Shown here: positions 1-12,100 of the stretch, in pieces
How the letters are laid out: every line of letters starts with the position of its first letter
Position numbering within the stretch: the first letter of the stretch is position 1
NCBI GenBank assembly: GCA_030390025.1
Contig: CM059438.1
Coordinates: 65,102,001-65,166,000 of the forward strand
Length of the DNA stretch: 64,000 nucleotides
Direction of reading: 5' to 3'
From: Squalus acanthias
Taxonomy: Eukaryota
The notes under the pieces: model-generated
The model's database searches: none
What the model was told of the DNA's origin: nothing
Seen by the model: only the letters and a program-made list of their open reading frames with translations
Position numbers and translations under genes: made by a program

Positions 1-312
1 CGGATGAGACGTTAAACCGAGGTCCACATTTGCTCTCTCAGGTGGACGTAAAAGATCCCATGGCATTATTTGGAAGAAGAGTGGGGGAGTTATCCCCGGT
101 GTCCTGGCCAATATTTATTCCTCAATCAACATCGTTAAAACAGATTATCTGGTCATTATCACATTGCTGTTTGTGGGACCTTGCTGTGCGCAAATTGGCT
201 GCTGCGTTTCCCACATTTACAACAGTGACTCCACTTCAAAAAAAAGTACTTCATTGACTGTAAAGCGCTTTGAGACGTCCAGTGGTCATGAATGCAAGTC
301 TTTCTTTCTTCT
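1..312 (+). mobile_element. SacSINE/DeuSINE-like SINE, 5'-truncated by the window edge
   Basis: Core GATTATCTGGTCATTATCACATTGCTGTTTGTGGGA..GCTGTGCGCAAATTGGCTGC and tail ending AATGCAAGTCTTTCTTT; the same core recurs many times in the window. Confidence 0.8.
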
Positions 313-611
313 TACTGATTTGCCTTTCTTTGACTGTCTAATAATCCCCTCGGGCCGCACTGGCACTCCCGCGGCACACTGAAGCTTCATTGGAGGCGGC
401 ATCTGCACGGTAACCGCCCCTCACTGGCAACCGTCTGATTGGCAGGCCAGTCCAGCCAATGACATGCTTCAGGAAGGTCCCGCCTTCTCTTTGCACTGAT
501 TAGCCGGGGAACCCTGGCGGAGGAAAGCCTGCAAACGCATGTCAGCGGGTGGACAGGCCTGCCAATCACATGGCCAGCCAATCACATGGTCTGCCAGTGA
601 GGGGGGCGGTT

Positions 612-744
612 GAAATAACAACAGAAAATGCTGGAAACACTCAGCCGGTCAGGCAGCGTCCGTGGAGAGAGAAACAGAGTTAACGCTTCAGGTCGATGAC
701 CCTTCATCAGATTTCCAGCATCCGCAGTATTTTGCTCTTGTATT
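612..744. mobile_element. Short Penelope-like terminal fragment with partial inversion and a degenerate hammerhead on the minus strand
   Basis: Minus strand reads CTGATGA-agggtc-atc-gacct-GAAG-cgtt-aact; flanked by near-identical AGTGAG(n)CGGTT duplication (596-611 / 745-758). Confidence 0.7.
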
Positions 745-864
745 AGTGAGGGGCGGTTACCACGCAGCTGCCTACCTCGAGTCAGCGTCCCCGGCATGAA
801 GCTTCAGTGTGCCGTGGGAGCGCGAGTGCACGGCCCGTTTATTTAACTGCGCGGCCCAATCAAG

Positions 865-1275
865 AGAAAGAAAAAAGACTTGCATTTATATAGCGCCTTC
901 CACGACCACCGGACGTCTCGAAGCGCTTTACAGCCAATGAAGTAGTTTTGAAGTGGAGTCACTGTTGTAATGTGGGAAACGCGGCAGCCAATTTGCGCAC
1001 AGCAAGCTCCCACGAACAGCAACGTGATAATGACCAGAAAATCTGTTTTTGTTATGTTGCTTGAGGGATAAATATTGGCCGGGACACCGGGGATAACTCC
1101 CCTGCTCTTTGTCGAAATAGTGCCATGGGATATTTTACGTCCCCCTGAGAGAACCTTGGTATAACATCTCATCTGAAAGGCGGCACCGCCGACAGTGCAG
1201 CACTCCCTCAGCACTGCACTGGAGTGTCAGCCTAGCTTTATGTGCTCAAGTCCCTGGAGTGGGACTTGAACCTGA
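865..1275 (-). mobile_element. SacSINE/DeuSINE-like SINE, near full length
   Basis: Minus strand has B-box-like GGTTCAAGTCC near 1270, the Deu-like core, and tail GCGCTATATAAATGCAAGTCTTTTTTCTTT. Confidence 0.85.
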
Positions 1276-1689
1276 AGAGTGTTGCGCGGCCCCGCACGCA
1301 CGCAGCTTAGGGGGAACAGTGCTCATGACCATGACATAAACCATCCTCAGCCAATCAGTGGCACTGTAGCAAATTTTACCCATACATGGATGCGCTTGCG
1401 TTTTGTTTCTCCCAGATTCTTCAACAGTTTCAGCCATTATGGTGCCTTACAAACCACAGTGAAACAATTTAAGATTTCTACCCAGCTCATGTCACGCTTT
1501 TTTCATCTCAATCTGTTGGAAGTCCTCCGATCACGATGTCCAATCGCTGCTTCATTGGCTGTTCTCAGTTTCTGAGGTAATCAGCAGTGTAGCTGTCAAG
1601 CCATGGAACACACAAGTCAGTCCTCAATCTTAACACTGCCCGCAACTTGACTCTGAGGGCCGTACTCGCAATGTTCTCACCCAGACTCA

Positions 1690-2906
1690 GTTTTTTTAAA
1701 TTCATTTTTATGGGATCTGGGTGTCGCTGGCAAGGCCAGCATTTATTGCCCATCCCTAATTGCCCTTGAGATGGTGGTGGTGAGCCGCCTTCTTGAACCG
1801 CTGCAGTCCGTGTGGTGAAGGTACTCCACAGTGCTGTTAGGGAGGGAGTTCCAGGATTTTGACCCAGCGACGACGAAGGATCGACAATGAAGGATCGGCG
1901 ATATACTTCTAAGTCAGGATGGTGTGTGACTTGGAGGGGAACTTGGACGTGGTGGTGTTCCCTTGTGCCTGCTGCCCTTGTCCTTCTAGGTGGTAGAGGT
2001 CGAGGGTTTGGGAGGTGCTGCTGAAGAAGCCTTGGTGAGTTGCTGCAGTGCATCTTGTAGATGGTACACACTGCAGCCACGGTATGCCGGTGGTGGAGGG
2101 AGTGAATGTTTAAGGTGGTGAATGGGGTGCCAATCAAGTGGGCTGCTTTGTCCTGAATGGTGTCGAGCTTCTTGAGTGTTGTTGAAGCTGCACTCATCCA
2201 GGCAAGTGGAGAGTATTCCATCACACTCCTTACTTGTACCTTGTAGATGGTGGAAAGGCTTTGGGGAGTCAGGAGGTGAGGCTCTCACCTCAGAATACCT
2301 AGCCTCTGACCTGCTCTTGTTGCCACAGTATTTATGCGCCTGGTCCAGTTAAGTTTCTGGTCAATGGTAACCCCCAGGATGTTGATGGTGGGGGATTCGG
2401 TGATGGTAATGCCGTTGAATGTCAAGGGGAGGTGGTTACACTCTCACTTGTTAGAGGTAGTCATTGTCTGGCACTTCTGTGGTGCGAATGTTACTTCCCA
2501 CTTATCAGCCCAAGCCTGAATGTAGTTCAGGTCTTGTTGCATGCGGGCATGGACTGCTTCATTATCTGAGGAGTTGTGAATGGCGCTGAACACTATGCCG
2601 TCATCAGCGAACATCCCCATTTCTGACCTTATGTTGGAGGGAAGGTCATTGATGAAGCAGCTGAAGATGGTAGGGCCTAGGACACTGCCCTGAGGAACTC
2701 CTGCAGCGATGTCCTGGGGCTGAGATGATTGACCTTCAATCACCACAACCATCTTCCTTTGTGCTAGGTATGACTCCAGCCAGAGGAGAGTTTTCCCCCC
2801 CGATTCCCATTGACTTCAGTTTTACTAGGGCTCCTTGATGCCACACTCGGTCAAATGCTGACTTGATGTCAAGGGCAGTCACTCTCACCTCACCTCTGGA
2901 ATTCAG
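1690..2906 (-). mobile_element. CR1-group LINE, 3' portion (RT C-terminus and 3' UTR), decayed
   Basis: Broken ORFs with GVPQGSVLGPTIFSCFINDLP, MFADD and MEYSPLAWM; same family at 58094-60390 and 52311-53601. Confidence 0.9.
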
Positions 2907-3419
2907 TGAAGCACATCACGAGGTTAGAAACCATCTCGCACTGTGACAAATGAACATTCTGTCAGCTAAGCCAAGCCAGGAATTCTAGAGGTAAGCAAGT
3001 GGTTCAGTTAGCCTGTGAGGCCCAACAGGAATCTATCCCCTGATCATTCACTCTTCTTGCCAAGGAAACAAGAACCCAAAGCAGAGCATTAGTAAAAAAA
3101 CAAAATAAATGCATGAAATGCTGCGGAAGATTTATGATGTCGTTAATGATTTTATCCAGAATGAACACTCAGATATTTTTCAGAGTTTACATTTCAGTTT
3201 GAAGTCACAGTTCCACCAAAATTCATTGGCTTGCATTCCACCTTTTAAAAATTACAGTGCGCACTATGCCAGCAAGGAGGGGGTCCCTAAGCCAGCAGGA
3301 GGAAGATGATCCTTAGACTAATAAAGAAAGGGAGTCACCTTAAAACAGGAATCCTCATTATATGGCTCATGGCCCAACTACAGCCCGTGTGAGCATCTGT
3401 TGCAGCCCTTGAATTGGAC

Positions 3420-3575
3420 CAATGTTCCCGCTAAGTTGCATGGCCACGCAGCCGCGCAGTGGTCTGGAGGTCCCGCGCAGGTCGCTCACCAGCAGGAAAC
3501 CGCTCATGCGCGAAAATTTGAATGGGCCGCACAGCCCATTAAAGGGGCCGTGTACCAAAAAAAAAGGGAACATTG
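3420..3575. mobile_element. hAT-like MITE
   Basis: TIRs CAATGTTCCC / GGGAACATTG; perfect 8-bp TSD AATTGGAC (3412-3419, 3576-3583). Confidence 0.9.
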
Positions 3576-3614
3576 AATTGGACCCAATATATCAGTAGCT
3601 GGACTGAAGAATTC

Positions 3615-3930
3615 AAGTCCTCGATTGCAGTATCAGAGGACTAAGTTATGAAGAAAGTCTGGGAAAAGGTTGAGCTTTTTAGTCTTGAAAGGACGCAACT
3701 GTGAGGAGACTTTATAAAGGTATATTAGATATTGATTTATACGGAATAGGTAGATCTAGAAAATTACCTCAAATTAAACAGAAAAGTACAACCAGGGCAC
3801 ATAGGTTCAATCTAGGACAGATGCCAGGAAGCTTTTTGTCACATGAAGACTGACCAACACACAAAATGGAGTCCTTGGTCATTTAGTGGAAGCAAAGCCA
3901 TGATATAATTTAAGAAGCAATTAGATGCCT
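3615..3930 (+). mobile_element. Old CR1 3' fragment
   Basis: Degenerate similarity to the CR1 3' ends at 34958-35440 and 31343-32005. Confidence 0.55.
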
Positions 3931-6529
3931 CACCCATCTGTGTTTATCTTGTGAGCTTCTGACAAATAGGGAGCTTCCTGAATTTATTTTATGTAATTTC
4001 AGATACGCTGATTGTAATGTAAATAAATGGCTTTGGCCAGCTGTGTCATTGGGAGCTCTTTGTGAGGTCCCATTGTTCTGTCACGTAGTTGTTAAGTGAT
4101 GGCCAGCACGAGTAACTGATTGCATGTAATCAAATCTAATCATCGCATTCAATGGGAATCACTTATGCTAAATGGGTTTTCCTAAGCTGTCTCAATGCTT
4201 ATCTGGCTACATGGGACATCGAGCCATTGTGGAATCAATCATGATTCTGTCTCGGAGACATGTTTGGAGAAAACAGCAATATCCAGATGTCAACACCTCA
4301 CCTCAAGAGGTGTAAGATCTGTTAAATTATCCAATTTGTTTCTTTACTTCAAAGAAATGGTTGGAACATGAAATATGTCACATGGCATAAATCACAGCTC
4401 TGGCGGCTGAGCTTTAGTTCTGGCAAAAGATCTGAAATCTGTGATGGGGTAAAATTTGCATCATTTACGAATAGCATCTCACTGAGAAAGTCTAATAAGA
4501 GACAAATCTGACCCTTTCGCCCCCAAATCTTATCACTAACCAGACTGAGTAGGGAAAATGTTCCAGAAAGTGTATATTAACTCCTTGTGGATTGTTTCTA
4601 ATTTTGCTTTGGAAGTGTCATTCTGGGTCTGTTGGAGACTAATTGATAGAGACTGATTGCTATGATTAGTTAACAACACCATTATCATTGTATTCTGTGA
4701 CGACCAGGATGGTAGAAGGTGAAGTAGATGGACCTTGGTTTTTTCATCTCGCAATTCCTATGTTTCTATGTTTGTGCTGTTTTGGTATCTTGCTGTGTTT
4801 TTCTACTTCTGTGGCTTATTTCACCTGCAAATACATCTGACCAAGTAGTTTTAGCCTGGACACATTGCTTTGTCAGTATGTTCTTTTCCATCTCTTGGAA
4901 AGGGTATGAGAATATGATACATATCTCACATGTTCTCCAGTGAGCAATATACCACTATTAGAAGTTAAACCAGGGCAGACTAACCCATGGAGGTTCTCTC
5001 AGCCAACAAGCAGGTATATATCTTGGATGTTTCTCCATGTGAGATGTGCTGTATAAATGATCATTGTTATTGTTGTTGTCCTCCTTTTTCTTCAAGGCAC
5101 CTGAATTCAAGCTGCCTGTTCAAACTGATACTTTGATTTCTCTAAACTTCTTTTATTCGGTCCAATTAAGAATGATTCTGATTTCAAGATCTGTCTTGAG
5201 TTTTTCACAAGCTGCAAGGACATGGTTCCCCACATAGCGAGTTCCAATGTGGAGATAGGTGCTACATTGTACAGAGGGAGGAAAATCAGGGGACCAGGCA
5301 CTCTGGGAAGCTCTCATGCACCTTCTATTGCCAGCTGTAGACTGGCATTAAATTGAGGACTTGGAGCAGATCATCAGTTACTCTTCCTACCAGGGAAAGT
5401 GTGTGGCATGTAGGTTCAATAATTTAGAAAGATGATTACCTCAAAAAAAACTATAGTAAAAACTGATTCATCAATCTTACTAAATTAATTGTCCTAGGGC
5501 TGGATAATGTAACAGATGTCAGATCTTTGACATATTCAGGAAATTTAATGTCAATATATTGTACAATTACAATAATTAAACTACCTGACCTTGGGCTTTA
5601 TGATATAATCAATCCTATTACATCTAAAAACCTTCAAGTCAGACATTGGGATATTAGATCTGTAACCATTAAACTATAGTGTAACCATAGTAACATCCAT
5701 GTATCTGGAGTGTCTTTTGCAATAAACAGTTTCTGTACTTTGATAAATGAAACCATTTACAACCTCATACATTAATAAGTAATAGAAGTTATTGCTTAAT
5801 TGAGTTGCCTACAATCTATTTGATCAACTATGGTAAAATAAATCAAATGATTTCTTGCCAAGTAGCATGTTGAGAAAAAAAAATACAGATCATGGGAAGG
5901 TAGGGAGAAAAATAACTTGTTAAGTTTGTGTCCTCACTGTATAGGAGAATGAAACAGGCATTTTTATTCAGTGCCATTTCTGCTCCAAGCACTTTGTTAA
6001 GATATGGGACATCAGGTGTATATCCAGGCATGTTTGATGGAAAAGCTAATGAGGCTGAGTGCTTCAATCCTGATATAATCTGCTGTTCCGTCTGGGTGTT
6101 GTTAGTGGATGATAGTCACATTAACTTCAGGGTCTATTTTTCCATGCTCCAGTTTTTGTCACTTATAGTGAATTTGCTACACGCAATTGAGAATGTTGTT
6201 GTTAATTATCAGGATGCAAGTGTGGACAGAAATGGGCTTGAGGCAGCTTCGAAACTAACACGTTAAAATGCAGAATTAATGCATCAAATTGTGTTGACCT
6301 ATCTTGGAAATTAGCCATGCAGCAGTGCAGATTTGAGAAGATATTTAATGGCACAGAATTTAGACGAGTGAGTAACACTAACTAACTCTCGCTGTGCAGG
6401 GCTTGCTCATGAGTGTAATAAATTGCTGATGCATTGACTTGTCATTGAATGTTCTGTTCAGAATATCTGCTAAGAGGGGATGAAACCACTCTACTTCTTT
6501 TGCAGTCTCCCTTCACCTCATGGGTCATG

Positions 6530-6767
6530 CACAACAACTTGCATTTATATAGCGCCTTTAATGTAGTAAAATGCCCCAGGGCGCTTCACAGAAGCATTAT
6601 CAAACAAAATTTGACACCGAGCCACATAAGGAGATATTAGGACAGATGATCAAAAGCTTCGTCAAAGAGGTAGGTTTTAAGGAGCATCTTAAAGGAGAGA
6701 GAGTTAGAGAGGCAGAGTGGTTTAGGGAGGGAATTCCAGAGCTTAGGGCCTAGGCAGCTGAAAGCAC
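6530..6767 (-). mobile_element. L2 LINE 3' end
   Basis: Reverse complement of the L2 3' region at ~20300-20540, ending ..GCGCTATATAAATGCAAGTTGTTGT. Confidence 0.8.
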
Positions 6768-7797
6768 AGGAAACCTACTCCCCAGGCTGTTCTAAGTTGT
6801 CCAGTCTTCCCAATCCTCTGGAAAGGCATCTGCCTCCCACTGTTGAACGCAGAAGTGTAACCAACTAAAACCATGCAGCTTACCAGCACAGTGCACTGGA
6901 CCACCCACGACCACCCTAGTCCTTACAGCATTTGCTTGCAGGGCTACCGAGGGGGAAGAATCCTAGCCTCCAAACACAGATCTACGCCTTCAGATACCAC
7001 AAATGAGTCAGGCTGGCTATCAACCATTAACAGTGCCCTAAGTACTGTCTGGCTCAGGTCATATATTACGCACTCTATCAACAGGATCTACTTTGTTCTA
7101 ATCTTTTCACAATGGAGGGGAAATTTAGATTCCTTTCTTGTTTCATGTTTTTCTTGCTATGAACACCTGGTAAGCTCAGCCATATAAAGAGGATTTGGGG
7201 AAAGACCTTTAAAATAATACACTGGAAAAGTGGTGGGAGGCTAAATGCATTACTCTTCAAATACAATTCCACCCTACATTGTTGGAGTTCGAATGTGGAT
7301 GTCTAGTATGTGTTACAGAGGTTACATGAGACCCGTAAACCTCCTTCATATTATATGAACTGTCACAAAGTGCTGCTGTGATCAAGACCATCATTCATTG
7401 ATTTAGATCCACATTAGGGCTTTCTTTGAAGATATCCTTTCAAGCTGAGATGGATCATTCTAATCAATCATCTTCTCAATGCCACATGTCAGTGTATCCC
7501 AATTGTGTGACGTCAGGCTGTGCTTCTGACCTGCCTCCCTAGACCCAGGTTCTCTGGAAAATAGCCCAGCTGGAGAAAATTACTTACAACCACTGACCAA
7601 ATTAGATAAGACTCCAACAACTGCAGACTCTCTTTCTCAGTGCACTGTGAATGGGGGCCAGCCCTTTGCCAGTGGCTTTGAAAGTAAAGGTAGAGCAAAT
7701 CCTGGGTGATTGCATCTTTCCCTTCCTGACAAGGTACTGATAATCCCATTGAGTCCTGATGGCATTTAAGGTTGAAGCCCTCTTGTAATCTCTACTT

Positions 7798-8031
7798 TGT
7801 TGTGGCTGCCGCGAAACACGAATTAAAGCCGAGTCCATGTGTGGGACACAAAAGCTTTTTATTACATCTCCTGCTAAGATGGCTGCTGGTCCTAGAATCT
7901 GGAAGGTTCTGAGGCCCCGCCCACTCCTTTTCTCCTGCCTTAAAGGCAAGGTGCCTTAAAGGCAAGGTGCCCGATTTATTGTCCACGGACGGAAAAGTGG
8001 ATTGCGCCCGTTTAGGTGGCGATCCGCCACA
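7798..8031 (-). mobile_element. Solo LTR related to the Gypsy element at 39520-43846
   Basis: TG...CA ends (TGTTGTGGCTGCCGCGAAACAC ... GGTGGCGATCCGCCACA); 4-bp TSD ACTT (7794-7797, 8032-8035); both ends near-identical to the 242-bp LTRs. Confidence 0.92.
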
Positions 8032-8914
8032 ACTTCCCGTTTTTCCTTTGCCTTCTCCCTGATTTGCTGCTCTTCTAAACCCTAGGTAACCCACTGCCGG
8101 AGCTCTGAACCCACATCTTTCTCTCGTTCGTCTTTCTCTAATATCACTCCAACCCCACCCATGATTAATTTGAATGGACAGGCACTGGGGATCCATGAAA
8201 TTCCCAACCAACATTCCTTACGAGCAGTGCCTGATTGGGAAATCCACCAAATAGAATATTTAATAAGCTGCAGCTTTGTACTTTTGATTCCCCAGGTAAA
8301 AAGGCAAAGCAAAGCCAACGTATGTTCCCACACCAAGGGATGCAATACCTATTTGTTCAGTCTTGCGCAGCAATTTGGGTCCAAATCAAGAATGGCCGAG
8401 GCTTGAAAACATGTCACCTGTTCAAAATCTGGGATGGTAAATGATGCGTAGGATGATGTACTCCAACAGAATAAATAATTGATTTATTTTTCTTTCATCA
8501 AGTTAATTGTCATTTGCATTTTCATGACAGAGATGTGTCAATTAATCTCAGATTCTTAAATGCCTCACAGAAGCAGCACAATATGCTGCAGCACTTTAAT
8601 CTCACTGAACATTAGTTTAAGTGTCTTCAAATGAGAATGCAGTGTCCAAGATATTATAGTTGACAGTGAACTGATCTCAGATGAATACAGTTATTGGCAA
8701 GGAAGGGACCACCTGAGTTCCTTCAAGATACTTTAACAAGACAGAACTGTTAAAAAAAGAAAATGATAATTGCTCCCTCTTTTATCATTACTATTGGCAT
8801 TTTGAAAAGTAGCTGATTTCATCTCATTTTCAAACAGCAGTAAAATTACTGAGATAGCGATCCTGCCCCATTCCTTCAAAACTATTGAATAAAGTGTTAT
8901 ATAATGCCTTGATT

Positions 8915-9243
8915 AATGTTGACGATTCTGCCATTGCCATTTACACCTCATCTAGAGTCATCTTTCGTTTCTTAACTTGTCCCATTACCATCTCTTTCGC
9001 CTTGCACCATCATCCCTTTTGTCTTTTAATCTCTCCTGCCTTCCATCCTATCACAGACCTTCCCTTTTGTTCTTTCCTCCCCTCCCCCCTTTTCCTGCCC
9101 CTGCACTTGCTTACAAATCTGTTACATCTCTAACTTTTTCCAGTTCTAATGAAGGGTCATCGACCTGAAACAATCCATTTTTCTCTCTCCACGGATGCTG
9201 CCTGACCTGCTGAGTGTTTCCAGCATTTTCTGTTTTTATTTTT
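8915..9243 (+). mobile_element. Penelope-like element 3' region with degenerate hammerhead
   Basis: Highly similar to 22790-23122; CTAATGA-agggtc-atc-gacct-GAAAC near 9146-9170. Confidence 0.75.
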
Positions 9244-10049
9244 AATATAATGCGATTTGATTACTTCACAACTTGTATTGTGAAATGAAAACTTTCCATT
9301 ACCTTCTGCACCTCTGCCATTATCTTATTTCCAATAGTACATTTCAAACTATACAGCTAGGCACAGACAAGGCTGGATTTTCACACCTTCAGAATTCGGA
9401 TTGTTTTCTTGAACTTTTATTCATTTGCATTGGCTTTGAAGTTAGCGTACAAAAGAACATTGTCTGCTTTATTGTACTCAACCAGATGCAGTTATCCACT
9501 CTTCCTTTATCAGCTCACAGATCATTGCTTCACGTAAAGCTCACCTCGCTCTCTTGTTCCAGACATCATTTTAGACAATTTATTGGTGGCAAACTGTCAA
9601 CAAATGAAAACAGGCTACAAAAGAGAACTGTTTCCCGTGCAGATGTACGTGCCAAGGCTTCAGTGTTGCATTCAAGGACAGCTCCCAGTTCACATTTATG
9701 AAATGGAATCACCAACAGATATAAATCCTCAACATTGACCTGGCAGTGCCCATTTTCTCAAGAGTTTCAGTGTGATCTTTCTATGGCTCTCTATCCTCAC
9801 GCCTTTCTCTCAAGAAGCCAACAGAAATTAGAAGAGCGGTTTTGTAATGTGGGCCTTTGCGAATCAAGTCAAAACTAACATAATTGAGACCTGGAGTCCT
9901 TTGATAACAACAGGACATTTATCTTCTGAAAAATGAATATGTTTCCTTCACATTTTCACTCCTACTTTTACAGTCTCAAAGCCATTGAACATCATTTAAT
10001 TGTCTCTTTCATTTTTAACATAACACCAAGCTTGCTGAGGTAAATCAGA

Positions 10050-10362
10050 AAAAGAAAAGAAAGACATTGCATTTATATAGCACCTTTCACGAGCTCAGGA
10101 TGTCCCAAAGCTCTTTACAGCCAATTAAGTATTTTTGAAGAAAAAACAGAAATACTCAGCAGGTCAGGCAGCATCTGTGGAGAGAGAAATAGAGTTAACG
10201 TTTCAGGTCGATGACCTTTCGTATTTTTGAAGTGTAGTCACTGTTGTAGTGAAGGAAATGCTGCAGCCAATTTTGCACATAGCAAGATCCCACAAACAAC
10301 AATTAAATAAATGTCCAGATCATCTGTTTTAAGTGTTGGTTGACGGATAAATATTGACCAGA
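10050..10362 (-). mobile_element. SacSINE-like SINE fragment interrupted by an 80-bp Penelope tail
   Basis: SINE tail and core on the minus strand; insert 10141-10220 flanked by a perfect 12-bp TSD GTATTTTTGAAG (10129-10140, 10221-10232). Confidence 0.8.
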
Positions 10363-10607
10363 GAAGAGAAACAATATTAATTAAAGACACAACAGAAGTT
10401 ATAGGATTTGACAATAACATTTCTCATTTCTCCTCTGCGGTATTCAAACTGGAACATATCTCTCAGCAAAACATGAAGGAACGCTACAGGCCGGAATTTT
10501 CTGGGGTCCGTGCAGGCCATCCAGTCTCACCTCATTGGTACAACCTATCACACCATTGACAGATTGCTTCTCTCATCTCTACTTGACCTGCCATCTATTC
10601 CTTCAGC

Positions 10608-11800
10608 ATGGGCGCCGTTTATACTGTCTCACCTTGGTCCTCAGAATCGGACCACGATTAGCCCAACACCAGTAGCACTAGGCACACCATCAGCACCAAC
10701 AACACCACCAACCTTCTCCTCAACCACCTGACGCTGCACAGGACAGAGGGCAGCAGCACAGGGCTGCACCACGCCGGAGGTGATGCCCCGAACACAGAGG
10801 ATGAGCTTGCTCAACATGACGGAGCAGCAGTGCCAAAGGTGGCTCAGGCTATCGTGCCGGGTCGTTGCAGACATTTTCAGATTGCTGGAGAAAGATCTGC
10901 AGCCCAGAGGAGTGGGTGGACACACCTTACGGCCGTCAAAGTCATCAGTGCCCTCAAATTCTTCGCCTCAGGCTCCTTCCAGGGATTTGCAGCAGACATT
11001 TGCAGCATCTCGCAGTCGGCCGCCCATAGATGCATCACACAGGTCGCCAATGCTCTCTTTGACAAGTCAGCCAATTATATCAACTTTGCCACTGATGAAG
11101 CCAGTGTTACTGAGCGGGCGCTCAGCTTTGCCACTCTGGCTGGCTTCCCACAGGTGCAGAGCGTCATTGACTGCACACATGTGGCCATCAGGGCACCCCA
11201 TCATAACCTAAGACTCTTTGTCAACCGCAAGGGCTTCCACTCCCTCAATGTGCATCTCAGCTGCAACTAGAGGAAACTAGCTGCCAAATTCCCTGGCAGC
11301 TGCCATGACTCTTTCATCCTTCGTCAGTCCACCCTCCCTCAGCTCTTTGCTCCTCCAAACAGACTTTCCGGCTGGCTGCTTGGAGACAAGGGCTATCCAC
11401 TGAAGACGTGGCTCATGACACCCTTGAGGAGGCCAAGTACTGAGGCTAAGGAGAGATATAATGAAAGCCACATTTCCACCAGATGTGCCATAGAGCAGAC
11501 AATAGGCATGCTCAAAATCTGCTTCAGGTGCCTTGACAGATCTGGAGGAGCCCTTCAGTACACACCAGGCAGGGTCTCCAGAATCGTCGTGGTCTGCTGT
11601 GCCTTGCAGTACATAGTGTAGCAGCAAGGATTAGTGCTGTATGAGGAGCAAGGCACTGAGCGCACAGCCTCTTCAGAGGAGGAGGAGGAGCATCAGCTGG
11701 AAGACGAGGAGGAGGAGGAGCTGGAGGAACCTGCGGCCCAGATCCCACCAGCAACTGAGCACATTGCTGCCCGGGAGGCCAGGGAGGGCCAGATTTACTT
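10608..11800 (+). pseudogene. Harbinger DDE transposase (HARBI1-like) of element A, frameshifted
   Basis: MGAV start; motifs [70 protein letters not shown]; acidic tail; frameshifts and stops. Confidence 0.92.
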
Positions 11801-12100
11801 AACTTTACGCATTACACCCATATGTCTGCCACATGCTGCGCCAGGTTGGCACCACCCCACAGCAACACCATAGAGGATCCCTACAATGACCAAGCCATTC
11901 CTTTCACAATGACCACCATTGCTGGAGGTAACGTTATGTCTCATCATTCACTCCAACTCACTAAGCCACTTCCAAAGGTGCACACAAATTTGTCCAAGAC
12001 TGGAAAGTGGTGAAAATAAAGATTTTTATGGTTGATATTACATTAACGGAAACTTGACATTAACATTGAATAAAACACCCAAGTGGCTACCCTTGTGAAT

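Larger units (their letters stand above)
350..1321. mobile_element. hAT-like non-autonomous element remnant, interrupted by a Penelope tail and a SINE
   Basis: Right end AGGGGGAACAGTG (1309-1321) matches the TIR of the MITEs at 3420 and 17186; internal inverted repeat ~353-390 vs ~797-836; left TIR not found. Confidence 0.55.

Noticed and set aside
1255..1275. tRNA gene suggested by a B-box motif
   Set aside because: Part of a SINE head; no cloverleaf or A-box context is present
10608..11800. Domesticated host HARBI1 gene
   Set aside because: Frameshifted, present as several diverged copies and enclosed by TIRs, so it is a transposon-borne pseudogene
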